A stretch of DNA of 64,000 nt from NCBI GenBank assembly GCA_002269645.1, contig NIVC01000085.1, positions 1,046,312 to 1,110,311 on the forward strand, read 5' to 3'. Shown piece after piece: positions 26,701-39,036 of this stretch (within the stretch, counting starts at the first letter, position 1; each line of letters begins with the position of its first letter). A program made the translations under genes and the position numbers. The notes under the pieces are model-generated. The model had not been told where the DNA came from, ran no database searches, and saw only the letters and a program-made list of their open reading frames with translations. This DNA comes from Macrostomum lignano. Its lineage: Eukaryota.

Positions 26701-27589
26701 AACTCTAGAGCTTATCTCATTATCCTTATTTAACTCAACTCGCAATTAAACTCGCACAGCTCAAAATAAAGTTGAGATCACGCTAATTCTCAGATCACGC
26801 TAATTTTTAACAATAGACAGTAACCACTTACTTAAGACAGACTATACGAGCGTATAATATGGAAATTAAATACGAGTAGACAGTTTGACTCAAAAACAAA
26901 GTCATAAATCAAGCATACTAACGGCATAAAAAGCCAAACATATCTACATATCGTCACCGCGTGAGTCAGTGAATGTCCAAATATGGAAACTACACCCGCG
27001 GGGCTATGGAACTGTCTACGTCAAACAATTTTCAGTACCTCAATTGAAAACCCGTATAATTTTGAGCACTTCAACTCCTTACTCTTAGTATTGTACTACC
27101 CTCAATCGCGCTACTCACAGTCTAACATACTAGCCCCGCCTGAAGCCAAGTCAGTCACAGTCCGCTAGCTTTGTGGAAATACGATATTTGGCAATTAATT
27201 TTGCTCAACTCCAACAGTCGTTGAAGTCGATTGGGAAAGAGAGAGAGGGGGAGGAGAGAGGGCGAGAGTCTAGCAGAAAAGTTCAGGTCACGATCAGAGT
27301 CCAGTAAAAAAAACTACCAGTGAAGCTCTTACACTTGGCAACAGACAGAGGGCAGAGCTCTAAGAATGTTTAAAAAGCATTCGAGGCGTCGCGAAAACTA
27401 TAAATTTTATTTTAAGACAGCTCGACTTGACGATTTCCTCTCAATGTCATCTGATAAATACTGAATTTGACAAGAAATCTTGCAGAAGTCACATAATAAT
27501 CTTTCGTTGAGTATTGTCTAAATCCTACCAAAAAACCTTTCCACCTAAATAACTTGAATCTCCTCTGAATTTTTTTTTAATCTCACATT

Positions 27590-27930
27590 GAATCTCACAT
27601 TGAATTTCTTCCAGTCTTCACCGGAATCTCAGCAGAATCTCACCGAAATCTCTTCCAATCTCACCTGAATATCATCCAATCTCACCATGAATCCCATCTA
27701 ATCTCACATAAACTCCATCCAATCTCACTTAAACCTCATTCAATCTCACCGGATATCTTCCAATCTCACCTGAATCTCACCTGAATCTCATCCAATCTCA
27801 TTTAAATCTCACCAAAATATCTTCTCATCTCACCCAAATCTCATCTGAACCTAATCCAATCTTACCTGAACGTCATCTAATCTCACCTAAATCTTACCTG
27901 AATCTCACGCAATCTCACCTAAATCTCACC
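27590..27930. repeat. Degenerate 10-nt repeat aatctcacct
   Basis: Intronic, visible. Confidence 0.7.
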
Positions 27931-27988
27931 GAAAAATCGTCTATTCCATGTACTAAAAATTCTTACCTGAATCTCGAACCATCGCCAG

Positions 27989-28414
27989 GAGCGCTTCCGC
28001 AGCATTGCCAAGTCCTACTTCCGTCGCGCAGACGGCGTGATCCTCATGTACGACTGCACCCACGAACGTTCGTTCCTGAGCGCTCGCGACTGGATGGAGT
28101 CGATCCGGGACTGCGCCGAGCCCGGCATCCCCGTTGTGCTGGCCGGCAACAAGGCCGACCTTCGCGGTGGAGGCGGCACCGGGCGAGGCGTCGACGCATC
28201 GGAAGGCGCCCGCCTTGCCGAGTCGCTGGAGGCGGCGATGTTTGTGGAGACGAGCGCCGCGTCGGGCCTGGCCGTCAGCTCGACCGTGGAGCAGCTCTGC
28301 CGGTTGCTATGGGAACGAGAGGACGCAGAGTTGATGCGAGGCGGCGGTGGCGACAGTTCTGGCAGTGTTCAGTTGAAAGATGGCGCAGGAAAGAAACTGG
28401 GATCCTGTTGCTAA
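27989..28414 (+). CDS. RASEF: RASEF/Rab45-like, exon 2
   Basis: CCAG acceptor then ERFRSIAKSYFRRADGVILMYD, GNKADL, ETSA, and C-terminal CC prenylation motif. Confidence 0.9.
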   Translation, partial: ERFRSIAKSYFRRADGVILMYDCTHERSFLSARDWMESIRDCAEPGIPVVLAGNKADLRGGGGTGRGVDASEGARLAESLEAAMFVETSAASGLAVSSTVEQLCRLLWEREDAELMRGGGGDSSGSVQLKDGAGKKLGSCC

Positions 28415-29949
28415 GAAGGATGAGGTGAAATCTCTGCTGAAATTCTTGAGAATATTATTTAAATCAGAGCCAAGCTCAACGAGTTTCACCGGCAATGACG
28501 CTGTGTGCTCCAATTTGAATCGCTTTGACCTCTCGATTCACATCTAGTTGAATAAACCAATGCATTGGGGCATTCATTGCATTCCATATGTGGAATAGAA
28601 CTGCTTGTGACAGTCAATCAAGGGCAAAAGGCAAAAAAGAAATGAATTTCTCAGGTTTGACGATACGAAGAATGGAAGTGATATGATTTGCCCTTCTTAT
28701 ATAGGTCTGTTTATAATCATAGGTACGCTCGTACATGCACATAGGTTCGCACATGTCCTGTTCCTAAAAATCGTAAAAATGGTGCTAGGAATGATGAAAA
28801 AGTTGTGCCATCTTTACACGTTTTTTAGGCACAGGGGCATCTACTTAGAATATAAAATTAACATTAGAATCCTAATTTTCCAGACAGTTTCAAGAATACC
28901 AACAAACCCATGAGTGTAAGACGGACAAGTCATCCGTATCAAAAGACGAACTTCGGGTCTGCCTGCTATCAAAAGCATTAAAAACAATTTTTTTGCCGAA
29001 AAACTTTAAAAACCTCCAAGCGTCCACAAACGGAATTGAATCGCCGGTGGTTGAGACTAGCAGGAAAGGCGACAATGTTTCTGGTACCCGTTCGCTTGTA
29101 AAAAATCCAAAGTTTATTTAACAATGAAGTTCTCATTCGGAATCCGTCTGATCTCTTTTAATGTAATTTGCTTCCACTCTGGTTAAGCAGTTTTGTCTAT
29201 CGTTATTCTAGCACTTATTCTAACAAAAGGCCAGTAATTGAATGCACACATATCGGTCGTCAGTTGAAGCTTAGCCACGTGACACTTTGCGAAATCGATT
29301 TGATTGTCATAGAGTTGATAACGATCTCCCTCCACCAGCCCTGAGAGCAAACATGGCACTGCTGTTGCCTGCGAATATTTAATTATTTACTATTCAAATA
29401 ATACTTATAATTTTTATATAGATCCTTGTTATATTTTGCTTTTTCTGTCAAAACTGTCCCAACAATTTTTGTTCTTTTGGCTTGCGCTGGCGCTCTAAAT
29501 TATTGACTTTTGTATTGTGAATATGAAAAATTTGTTCAAATAATTTCTTAGCAGCAAGCCGTATGTTCGATTCCTAACAGTAGTATGTGGCGATAATTCA
29601 TGTTTACTCTGAGTGGACTCACTCAGACTGCAGGACTCATGCAGCCTCGTTTCGAGTTAGTGCAATATTCGCCCAGATTGAAATATTTCGAGATGTATTT
29701 TTTTGTCTTCAGTGTATACTTTTCGGCATGGATTTTTTACACTCTCGTTCTCGCGACAAAAGTGCGCTACAATGTCAGTCATCAGCCTTCCATTCACTTT
29801 GGTGCAATGTTTACTTCTAACAGGCATCTGAATTAAATACACAAACGTAATATACAAATGCTTTTTGAAGAAGAGAGCATATTATTTAGTTACCACTGCT
29901 AAAATTCTCAAGTTTTTACTGGGAATTTACTACGAGCTTATTGTTTTGT

Positions 29950-30280
29950 GTCCAGGACCTAGCATTGGGGATGCAGTGTGACTCTGAGGCGGGGATTCGA
30001 GTCCAGGACCTAGCAATTGGGGATGCAGTGTGACTCTCTGAGGCGGGGATTCGAGTCCAGGACCTAGCAATCGGGGATGCAGTGTGACTCTGAGGCGGGG
30101 ATTCGAGTCCAGGACCTAGCAATTGGGGATGCAGTGTGACTCTCTGAGGCGGGGATTCGAGTCCAGGACCTAGCAATTGGGGATGCAGTGTGACTCTCTG
30201 AGGTGGGGGTTCGAGTCCAGGACCTAGCAATCGGGGATGCAGTGTAACTCTATGAGTAGGGGGTTCGAGTCCAGGACCTG
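29950..30280. repeat. 54-56-nt tandem repeat gagtccaggacctagcaattggggatgcagtgtgactctctgaggcggggattc
   Basis: About 6 units with no unique spacers. Confidence 0.9.
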
Positions 30281-30599
30281 AGTTAGAATTTGTGGCCTGA
30301 ATAGTCAGGATTGAATTTCAATACAATATTGCAAGTAACCCAAAGCATCCTATCGCACAAGTGTAACTTTGCTCTTTTTTACGGTTTTCCGCAAGTACGA
30401 TTTCAATGGGCGGAACATTCAATGTTGACTTAAGTGACAAAGAAAATAGGAATGTTAACAGAATAAATCTAATTAAATAATTTTATTACACCTATATAAG
30501 CATTCGATTCAAGCAGTCTACATGTATATAAAATTGCATTAAACTATAAAATGTTATCAAAATATAATCAATCCAACCCTCTTGACACCCACTTGGATC

Positions 30600-31570
30600 A
30601 ATGGGGGGGCGCCAAGCCTGCTAGAAGGGGGAGAGGGGGCGCCAAGCCTGCTGGAGAGGGGGCGCCAAGCCTGCTGGAGGGGGCGCCAAGTCTGCTGGAG
30701 GGGGGGGCGCCAAGCCTGCTGGAGAGGGGGCGCCAAGTCTACTGGAGGGGGGGGGCGCCAAGCCTGCTGGAGGGGGGCGCCAAGTCTACTGGAGGGGGGG
30801 GGGCGCCAAGCCTGCTGGAGAGGGGGCGCCAAGCCTGCTGGAGGGGGGGGGCGCCAAGCCTGCTGGAAGGGGGGGGCGCCAAGCCTGCTGGAAGGGGGGG
30901 GCGCCAAGCCTGCTGGAGAGGGGGCGCCAAGCCTGCTGGAGGGGGGGCGCCAAGCCTACTGTAATGGGGGCGCCAAGCCTGCTGGAGGGGGGGGCGCCAA
31001 GCCTGCTGGAGAGGGGGCGCCAAGCCTGCTGGAGGGGGGCGCCAAGCCTACTGTAATGGGGGCGCCAAGCCTGCTGGAGGGGGGGCGCCAAGCTTGCTGG
31101 AGTGGGGCGGCGCCAAGCCTGCTGGAGGGGGGCGCCAAGCCTGCTGGAGGGGGGGGCGCCAAGCCTGCTGGAGGGGGGCGCCAAGCCTGCTGGAGGGGGG
31201 GGCGCCAAGCCTGCTGGAAGGGGGCCGCCGAGCCTGCTGGAGGGGGCGCCAAGCCTGCTGGAGGGGGGGCGCCAAGCCTGCTGGAGGGGGCGCCAAGCCT
31301 GCTGGAGGGGGCGCCAAGCCTGCTGGAGGGGGCGCCAAGCCTGCTGGAGGGGGCGCCAAGCCTGCTGGAGGGGGGGGGCGCCAAGCCTGCTGGAGGGGCG
31401 CCAAGCCTGCTGGAGGGGGGCGCCAAGCCTGCTGGAGGGGGGGGCGCCAAGCCTGCTGGAGGAGGCGCCAAGCCTGCTGGAGGGGGGCGCCAAGCCTGCT
31501 GGAGGGGGGGGGCGCCAAGCCTGCTGGAAGTGGGGGGGGGGCGCCAAGCCTGCTGAAACGGGGGGACGCC
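30600..31570. repeat. G-rich minisatellite ggcgccaagcctgctggag(g)n
   Basis: About 45 units with variable G-run length. Confidence 0.95.
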
Positions 31571-31977
31571 AAGGTTTTGGTGCAGTCAATGATTATTTTG
31601 CGCAACAATGAATAATTTAGAAAAATTCTAGAAATATATGCGTATAATTAATTAAATACGGCAATTCGGAAATTAAAATAGATAAAAATGCTGCAGCACA
31701 AATCATTTTTTTCATTTTTTAACAACAACAACAACAACAACACTGGTCAAATGGAGCAAGGGGCCAGGCACGGAAGAAAGACACATGGTGCCAGCTGGAA
31801 AGTGGTGTAGCTCGTGCACTGCGGAGCTGACGGCGCTGGAAGAGGCCTGCAGCTGGCTCTGCAGGCAGGAAAGAGTTGGGCATTCAGACTCTTGGTGACT
31901 GGTGGACGGAGGAGAAGGCGGCGCACGCCTTCTGGAAGTGGTTGAAGAGGAATGGCATAGGCACAGCTTGATCCGGC

Positions 31978-32008
<31 letters not shown>

Positions 32009-33097
32009 GCAACAACAAAAACAACAACAAAGTACGCAGCCCCGCATGCACAGTCACAGTTAGAGCAGGGTGCGTCAGATGGCGCGCCGCAGAGCCTGAG
32101 GGCGGACGAAGTCTGCTCCGTTGACAGTGTCGGGCGCCCCGGCGTCACGCGTAGGAGGCTATACATTTTTTACTATATTAGAGAAGGCTTTTATGAGTAC
32201 AATAATTGGTACTAAAGACGCAGCTCTACTCAAGTTTATCACGGGTCCGTACACAACTGATTCACTTGTTTTTAACTCTTATATCCACTACGAAGATGCT
32301 AGCGTATTGAAAAGCATCCAATTTTCAAGCATAAATACCAAAATGTGGACAAGTTTGTATCGAAATACCTGACAGGTGTCATTGTTACTCACTCTTCTCG
32401 GTAATAACAGCCTTTCCCATCCTTTGTTTGCTCACGCTCCTTGACAATGTTTTCCCACGTTTTCTTGTGTGTATTTCCCCAGCGTTTGCCTTAGTGACAA
32501 TTATCTGAGGCAGAGAGGACAGAAAACTCCCAGTTTCTGCTGGGAACTGGGAAACCATCCTGCAGCTCGGAGCCAATCGCCAATCCTCCCAGAAAGGTGG
32601 GATTGCTTTTAGGGTAAGTTTCTTTACAGGCCAATAGCAACGTAAGGTGGCTCTTCAGTTTATTGAAGTACAAGCTGCGTACGAGACTCAATGTTTACAA
32701 TTAGCTTGGATAAATGCAGACAGGCTTCCCCTTGGAGATAAAGCTTCGCTGCTGTTAAGGAGGCGATATTACCGCTTTCACACCTGAAATTATCTTTCTC
32801 TTGAGTGGACTGTCATTAAAAGTCGTTAGGTTCACCCACCTATATTACGGCTGTATAAATAAGTGCTCACCCCATCTGGAACTATTCTCCTGTTATCCTC
32901 AAACTGCTTCCTCCCATCCCAAATTCTGCACTGCTCGTCGACAAAAAAGCAGACCCGGCTTTCAAACCCACACTGTCCTATCACGCTCTGGTGAGGGACA
33001 GGCAGGAAACGCAGCACGGGAGAGTGAGAGAGCAACTGGTGCACGAGTCTGGCCAGACAATAAAACTGTTTCTCCCCAGCGGCCTTCCCAGCTCAAC

Positions 33098-33250
33098 ATG
33101 TCAACTTCCTCAGCGGCTGTCCGAGGCTCCACGGCGGCAAGCAGTAAGCACCGACACCATCACCACCGACATCATCACCACAGCTCGCAGCAGAAGGCAC
33201 CAATGTCTCTCGCAGACTACATAGGCATGCGGAGGGGCGCCCAGAAACAG
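33098..33250 (+). CDS. Repeat protein of unknown function, exon 1 (His-rich)
   Basis: MSTSSAAV...HRHHHHRHHHH...GAQKQ|GTAGGC, phase 0, compatible with exon 2. Confidence 0.55.
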
Positions 33251-34144
33251 GTAGGCATAATTTTAGTATAATCAATAATTTGGAGAAATGTAAAATTTAT
33301 TCAAATCAACATAGCATTTGAAATTCATTTCTTTGAGACAACGGTTTACCCAGAAAGCATCGTGTGCATGAAATTTCTGCTGAAAAATTTCTTAAGCCCC
33401 CTTTCCATTTCTTCCAACTGTACTTGTTCCCTCTTTGCTTCTCTCATCCCGCGCCTCTCTTCCCCTCTCGCAGTTTCCTGGTATTTCCGCCCTGGTTCAG
33501 GTGGGGAGAATTGGCAGGTTAAACAGTGGGGGGGGGACGGCAGCACCCGGCGAGGCCGGCCCGGCTTGGTAAAGAACAATGGCGGGGTGGCAAGAGCTGG
33601 CGGACTCCCCCCATCCGGGAGGTTGGCGGCCCTGAACTACGCACCTGAGCGTGGCAGGATGCAGCAAACTGTTTTTTTCTGCTTGCCTTGGCAACCCGCT
33701 CTTTATGCCCGTGGAGTCGATGCATGTTGAAGCTGCACTATCCGCTGTTGGCTGCGAGAGAAAACGCTATGCATAATGGAAGGCTTTGATGAAGTGGAGA
33801 GACTGGGAAAACTGCTCTGGAAAGTAGACAAGAAAAAAGTCCAGCTTTTTTGTTTCATTTGTTTTTTGTGAAAATCGATAGAGTAAAAATAAATTTTGAG
33901 CTTGGACTTTTATTTTCTAACAAAAGCTTACAAAAAATGCTCCAAAAAAGCCAATAGCAGCAACAGTAAACGTTATAAAAAAATTTTCTGTACGAACGTA
34001 AAAAAGCAGAATCAAAACGAACGGGATTTGTGTTTTCTTTCATAGCGCAATGAAAATGACTTTTCTATTAGTAACATTTAATCCAAGACATTCCGGCTAC
34101 ATAATGAATTCTAATGCCTCGATTTTGAGTAATATTGCATCTTG

Positions 34145-34600
34145 CATGACTTGACTTACCTGCAGGGTGGTCTGTACACACAGCGGGAAGGCCAGGGTTG
34201 CCCATTCCGCTAGCCCCTTAAGGTCCGCAGACAGGCAGATTCGTGGGGGGGGGGCGGTCAGGGTGGTCCGCCGGTCCATCCCTTAGCGTGATCTTCCATA
34301 GGGAAGAAAGTGGCTCGTCTTGTCGCCTGGAGGAACTGGATGAGCCGTGGGGATGCTGTCGGACTTGCAGACCTCGTAAATAGACGGGCTTGGCCCGAGG
34401 TAGCGTAGCCGGTCTCTGCAGTAAAGAAAGGGCAGTGACAAACAAAGTGCTGAGCATCTTCATTGTAATACTCGCATAAAGGGCAAAGTTCACTCTCGAG
34501 GTCGCCTCGAATGAAGTAGTGTCTGGCGAGGTAGCCATGGCCTGTAACCTCATGACACGGGCTCGAATATCCTTCCGATTTCGGTTCAGGACCTTCAAAT
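34145..34600 (-). mobile_element. 5'-truncated non-LTR retrotransposon 3' end (ORF2 C-terminal zinc knuckle; I/R1/Loa-like), intronic
   Basis: TGHGYLARHYFIRG...CPLC...EDAQHFVCHCP is the typical LINE ORF2 CCHC region; frameshift just upstream. Confidence 0.65.
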
Positions 34601-34674
34601 TGTCTACCAAATTTTCTTGTCACACTTTTACCTTTGTCTACCGAATTTCTACCGATTTGCACCCCACTCAGCAG

Positions 34675-36996
34675 GTGGAAGCCAAGCCCAACGTGAAGAA
34701 GATGCGACTGGGCGGCACCTGGGCGGAGATCGAGCGAGCCGAGCGAGAAGCGGCTCAGGCTGAGTCCCAGCAAACGGTTGGCAGCAAGAAGACCATGCGC
34801 ATCGGCAACGAGAGCTGGCACGAGAAACAGGCCAGTAGTGAGAAACAGGCCGCGGTTGTTGAAGAGGAACGCGTCGGAACGAAGAAGGTCATGCGGGTTG
34901 GCAGCGAAAACTGGCACGAAAAGCAGGCGGTCGCTGCTAACAACGACGTGGTGGACGAGAAGACTGGCACTAAAAAGGTCATGCGAGTTGGCAGCGAGAA
35001 CTGGCACGAGAAGCAGAAGACAGTTGTTCAAGCAAATACGCTCGCGACTCGGGTTGGCACCCGAAAAAAGATGCGCATTGGAAACGAGAACTGGCACGAG
35101 AACCAACCGACGGCCACTCAAGAAGCTGTCATTAAGGAAGAGAAAGAAGAGAAAGTCGGAACTAGGAAGAGCATGAGGATCGGCAGTGAGAACTGGCACG
35201 AGAAACAGACGGTAGTTGCCGCTGTTGCGGTTCAAGAGAAGGAAGAAGAGAAGGTCGGAACCAGGAAGAGCATGAGGATCGGCAGTGAGAACTGGCACGA
35301 GAAGCAGGAGGCTGTTGTCGAGCAGAGAAACGAGCGTCTGTCCCCACGAGGAAGGAAGATCATTCTAGAACCAGTGGAGCAGACATCTGAGGTTGTGCTG
35401 GAAACCCAGAAAGCAGAGAAGGTGAAACAGGAGGACAAGCGAGTCGCTGAAAAGGCTCAAGCCAGAGACGCTACTGTAATTCAAGTCACAGAGAAGGCTG
35501 AGCAGCGAAAGCATCTTGAACCGATTGTCCAACAAAAGACTGGAACAGTTATTCAGGTTCAGGAAGAAAAGAAAATTGTTCTGCAACAAGAACGAAAAGA
35601 GCCTTCCCAAGTTGAGGTAAAGGCAGAAGCAAAGGCTGAAGTGAAGCAAACGGAGAAAGAGAAAGTCGTTTCCAAGGTTGAAGACAAGACCGAAGCTAAG
35701 GAGAAGCAGAAAATTGAGGTTAAAGCCGAGGTTAAAGCCAAGGAGAAGCAAAATTTTGACAATAAAGGCGTCGTTGTCGCTGCAGCAGTAGCACCAAAGG
35801 TTGAGGTTAAAGCCGAGGACAAAACGAAAGCTGAGGTCAAGGTTGAGGCAAAGCAAAAAGCCGAGGTCAAGGCCGAGGTCAAGGCTGAGGAGAAAAAGAA
35901 AGTTGAGGTCAAAGCCGAAGAAAAGCAGAAAAATGAAAGTAAGGGTTTTGCTTTGGCAGTTGGTGTCTCAGCAAACAAGGCTGAAGAAAAGGTCGAAGAA
36001 AAAAAGAAGGCTGAAGTCAAAGCCGAGGTCAAGGCCGAGGAGAAAAAGAAGGCTGAGGTCAAGGCCGAAGTGAAAGCCAAAGACAAGCAGAAGGTTGAAA
36101 ACAAGGGCTTTGCTTTGGCAGTCGGTGTGTCAGCAAACAAAACTGAAGAAAAAAAGAAGGCCGAGGTCAAGGCCAAGGTCAAGGCTGAAGAGAAGCAGAA
36201 AGTTGAAAGCAAGGATTTGGCTTTGGCGGTCGGTGTCTCAGCGAACAAGGCTGAGGCAAAAGTAGAAGACAAAAGTAAGTCAGAGATCAAGGCTGAAGTC
36301 AAGGCAGAAGAGAAAAAGGAGTCTGACAGCAAGGATCTATCAGTAGGTTTCGGCATTTCCGCAAGCAAGACGGAAGCAAAGGTTGAAGAGAAGAGCAAAG
36401 CAGAGATTAAGGCTGAAGCGAAGACTGAGGACGTAAAAACGACAGAAGAAAACGCTATGGCTATTTCTGTAGCCGCCAGCAAAGCTGAGAGCAAGATTGA
36501 GGAGCAGGTCAAGGCTGAAGTCAAGGCTGAAGAGATATCTGCCAAGGTCGAGACTAGCTCGGAAGAGAAAACTGAGACGGAAGAGAAGACAGATGTAAAA
36601 GTTGAGGAGAAATCTGAAGCTGCATCGGTAAGCGTAACTGCAGACGTCAGTAGCAAGTCCGACACCAAGTCTGAGACCAAATCTGAGAAGCAATCGAAAT
36701 CGTCATCGAAATCGGTGAGCAAGTCGGAAAGTCAGTCAGTGAGTCGCACTCGCACAGAGGCCACGGATGAGCTTGGAGGCCTGATAAAGATGCTGGACAG
36801 TCAGGTGGACCGTCAGCTAAACAGCATCAATGGTCCATCGGAGCCGCCAGCCCCTGACCCGAAAGTGGACGCCGCCATGCAGAAGATTTTGCACAAAGAT
36901 TTTCAAAGCAAAGTTGACGCGTTCATTAGCAGCAGTGAGTACGACGCCAATGGAGGCTTTTTTGAGTCGTGCAAAAAACTCGCTAAAGAGATCTGA
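34675..36996 (+). CDS. Repeat protein of unknown function, exon 2 (MRIGSENWHEKQ repeats, then Lys/Glu/Ala/Val KAEVKAE region)
   Basis: 2.3-kb open frame with protein-level repeat conservation and synonymous variation; CAG acceptor at 34674. Confidence 0.8.
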   Translation: MEAKPNVKKMRLGGTWAEIERAEREAAQAESQQTVGSKKTMRIGNESWHEKQASSEKQAAVVEEERVGTKKVMRVGSENWHEKQAVAANNDVVDEKTGTKKVMRVGSENWHEKQKTVVQANTLATRVGTRKKMRIGNENWHENQPTATQEAVIKEEKEEKVGTRKSMRIGSENWHEKQTVVAAVAVQEKEEEKVGTRKSMRIGSENWHEKQEAVVEQRNERLSPRGRKIILEPVEQTSEVVLETQKAEKVKQEDKRVAEKAQARDATVIQVTEKAEQRKHLEPIVQQKTGTVIQVQEEKKIVLQQERKEPSQVEVKAEAKAEVKQTEKEKVVSKVEDKTEAKEKQKIEVKAEVKAKEKQNFDNKGVVVAAAVAPKVEVKAEDKTKAEVKVEAKQKAEVKAEVKAEEKKKVEVKAEEKQKNESKGFALAVGVSANKAEEKVEEKKKAEVKAEVKAEEKKKAEVKAEVKAKDKQKVENKGFALAVGVSANKTEEKKKAEVKAKVKAEEKQKVESKDLALAVGVSANKAEAKVEDKSKSEIKAEVKAEEKKESDSKDLSVGFGISASKTEAKVEEKSKAEIKAEAKTEDVKTTEENAMAISVAASKAESKIEEQVKAEVKAEEISAKVETSSEEKTETEEKTDVKVEEKSEAASVSVTADVSSKSDTKSETKSEKQSKSSSKSVSKSESQSVSRTRTEATDELGGLIKMLDSQVDRQLNSINGPSEPPAPDPKVDAAMQKILHKDFQSKVDAFISSSEYDANGGFFESCKKLAKEI

Positions 36997-38412
36997 CTTT
37001 GCTGAGACTTTCTTCTCACGAAGAACTCGGTGAAGTTACCTGCATGTAGATCTATCACTTTTGTAACTATTGTAACAACATGCATACTGATACAATTTCT
37101 ATATCCGGGTCATCTGGAAATTGCTTTATTTTATTTCTTGGCTTCGTTTGTTTATACCTCTGCATGGCTGTTTCCGTGTGTTTTCCTTTATCTTATTAAT
37201 ACCCTTCAGACTTCAGAATCTGGTAGAGAAATTTTGTGACCTTTTCGAAAGAGTTTTATTGCACAATTCACAAGTCGTTGGGTTTTTGCTCTACAAATCA
37301 AGCCTTGCTGGGAGCTGCGTTGCTGCATCAGGTTAATTACAGCCTAGACATATTTCCTTTTGTGATATTTTTATTCCTAACGAACTTTTTATCAAACAAA
37401 AAGTTCTTCAAGTAAGAATACATGTAGTTGAAAAAAGGGGATCATTGGGATTTTGTCATCCGAAAGTGACATTAATGTTATTTTTTAAACTCGCGCAGCT
37501 TTTCTCGAGCTTTTCTTTCGCGGCTATATTGACGCTTTTCTGAAGATGAATATAGAAGGTAAGATTTTGGTTGTGTCTGTTTTGTTTAACTTTTCTAATT
37601 GCAAATTACACGTGCGCCCATGTACAAGTACTGATGTAAAAATTTTACGCTCGTGTATAAAAGCGCAGTTTTATAGTCTAAAAAAACATGTAAAAGTCAA
37701 TCAATTTTCATGAATTCACAGTTTGTGAATTTTGGAGTCTGATCACAACTTTAAATGTATGTGTTTTTTTTGTTTTGGTCGCTTGAAAGTTGATTTATGG
37801 TATATGGTAAATTTACAGATGTACTTTACTGTATAAGTTCATTGTTTACTCTGTTATCTGAAAAACGACGTTCCCGATCTTTACCGATGTCGATGACAGA
37901 TATGCATGTGTACATGTACATGTACCGTACTTTACAGTTCACCGACGTTCAGCCGATGTACATGTATGTGACGTCGTTATCCGTCTATGTAATGCAAAAG
38001 CACATATTCTAATCATCGCGACGTCGGATTATTGCTGTACGGCTTACTGGTACACATTACATGTACAATTAAATGCTGCTACCTGCGATTTTGTGGATGT
38101 ACAAAAATTTGTTGTGAGAGGCCCTCAGCTCGTACATGTTTATATGTAGATCAGAAATACATCCAGAAAGCTATACATGTAACTCTTTTGTAGCAATAAA
38201 TACTATACTATGAAGGTCAAATAATCGTATTGTACTTTTATCATATTGTATCCTTTGTTGTTGCGATCTCTGATCTATAACAATTGCAGTTTCGAAGCAA
38301 GAAAGAGGCCGTGAGGAGCATGCAGCAGCTACATGGTATTGGCAAATTTGCAAAAAGATAAGAGCATGCAGACATACATTCAAGGTACGAGCGGATCAGC
38401 CCACGGCCTAGG

Positions 38413-39036
38413 CAAGGGTCGGCAAACTTTTTAGTTCCATGGCCATACATAAAGAAGCTAGATCGTTGCTGCGGGCCAGATGGACCGTGGAAACAGAGAG
38501 GGAATGGGGAAGAGAGAAGAATAAAGAGAGGCAGAAGAGATGCGAGAGGATATAGGAGATAAAGAAAGAAGATGAGAGGAGAGACTAGGAGCGAAGAGAT
38601 GAGAGAAGAGAGAGAAGAAAGATGAGAGGAGAGAGAGGAGATGACATGTGAGATGAGTGGGGTGCAGGAGTAGTAGAAAATAGAGAGAGCTGAGATGAGA
38701 CAAAACTTGAGTACGTGGGAAAGATTGCTATATTGTAAGGTTTAAAATAACCCGAGGGACCAGGGGCCCGTGCTATAGAATACTCTTAACTCCTAAATCC
38801 TTAAGAGTGTCCTAACTCCTAGCTCCTAGCTGGCTTTTCTGTGCTATAGATTGTGATATAGCACAGAATTCTCATCAACCTAACGATTGCGCAGCGCTCC
38901 TTGAACACACCCGCACTTAGGCTGCACTCCTTGCAAGAACTTCTAACTCCTGATTCTATAGCACGGGCCCCAGGGACAAGATAGAGAGGCTTCGCGGGCC
39001 GCATGTGGCCCGTGGGCCGAAGTTAGCCGACCCCTA
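38413..39036. mobile_element. hAT-like non-autonomous element
   Basis: Imperfect TIR CAAGGGTCGGCAAACTT / AAGTTAGCCGACCCCTA and subterminal gcgggccgcatgtggcccg motif; no clear TSD. Confidence 0.55.
38764..38970. mobile_element. PIF/Harbinger-like MITE nested in the hAT element
   Basis: Perfect 18-bp TIR GGGCCCGTGCTATAGAAT with 3-bp TSD CAG. Confidence 0.8.

Noticed and set aside
29950-30280. CRISPR-like regular repeats
   Set aside because: Units are contiguous with no unique spacers, in a eukaryotic context without cas genes.
30551-31615. Multiple GGAPSLLE / QQAWRPP ORFs
   Set aside because: Minisatellite translations.
31745-31975. GC-rich segment bracketed by (CAA)n tracts
   Set aside because: No frame gives a recognisable protein and no clear splice signals.
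35559-36722. 387-aa antisense Ser/Ala/Leu/Phe ORF
   Set aside because: Mirror of the codon-biased KAEVKAE gene on the plus strand.
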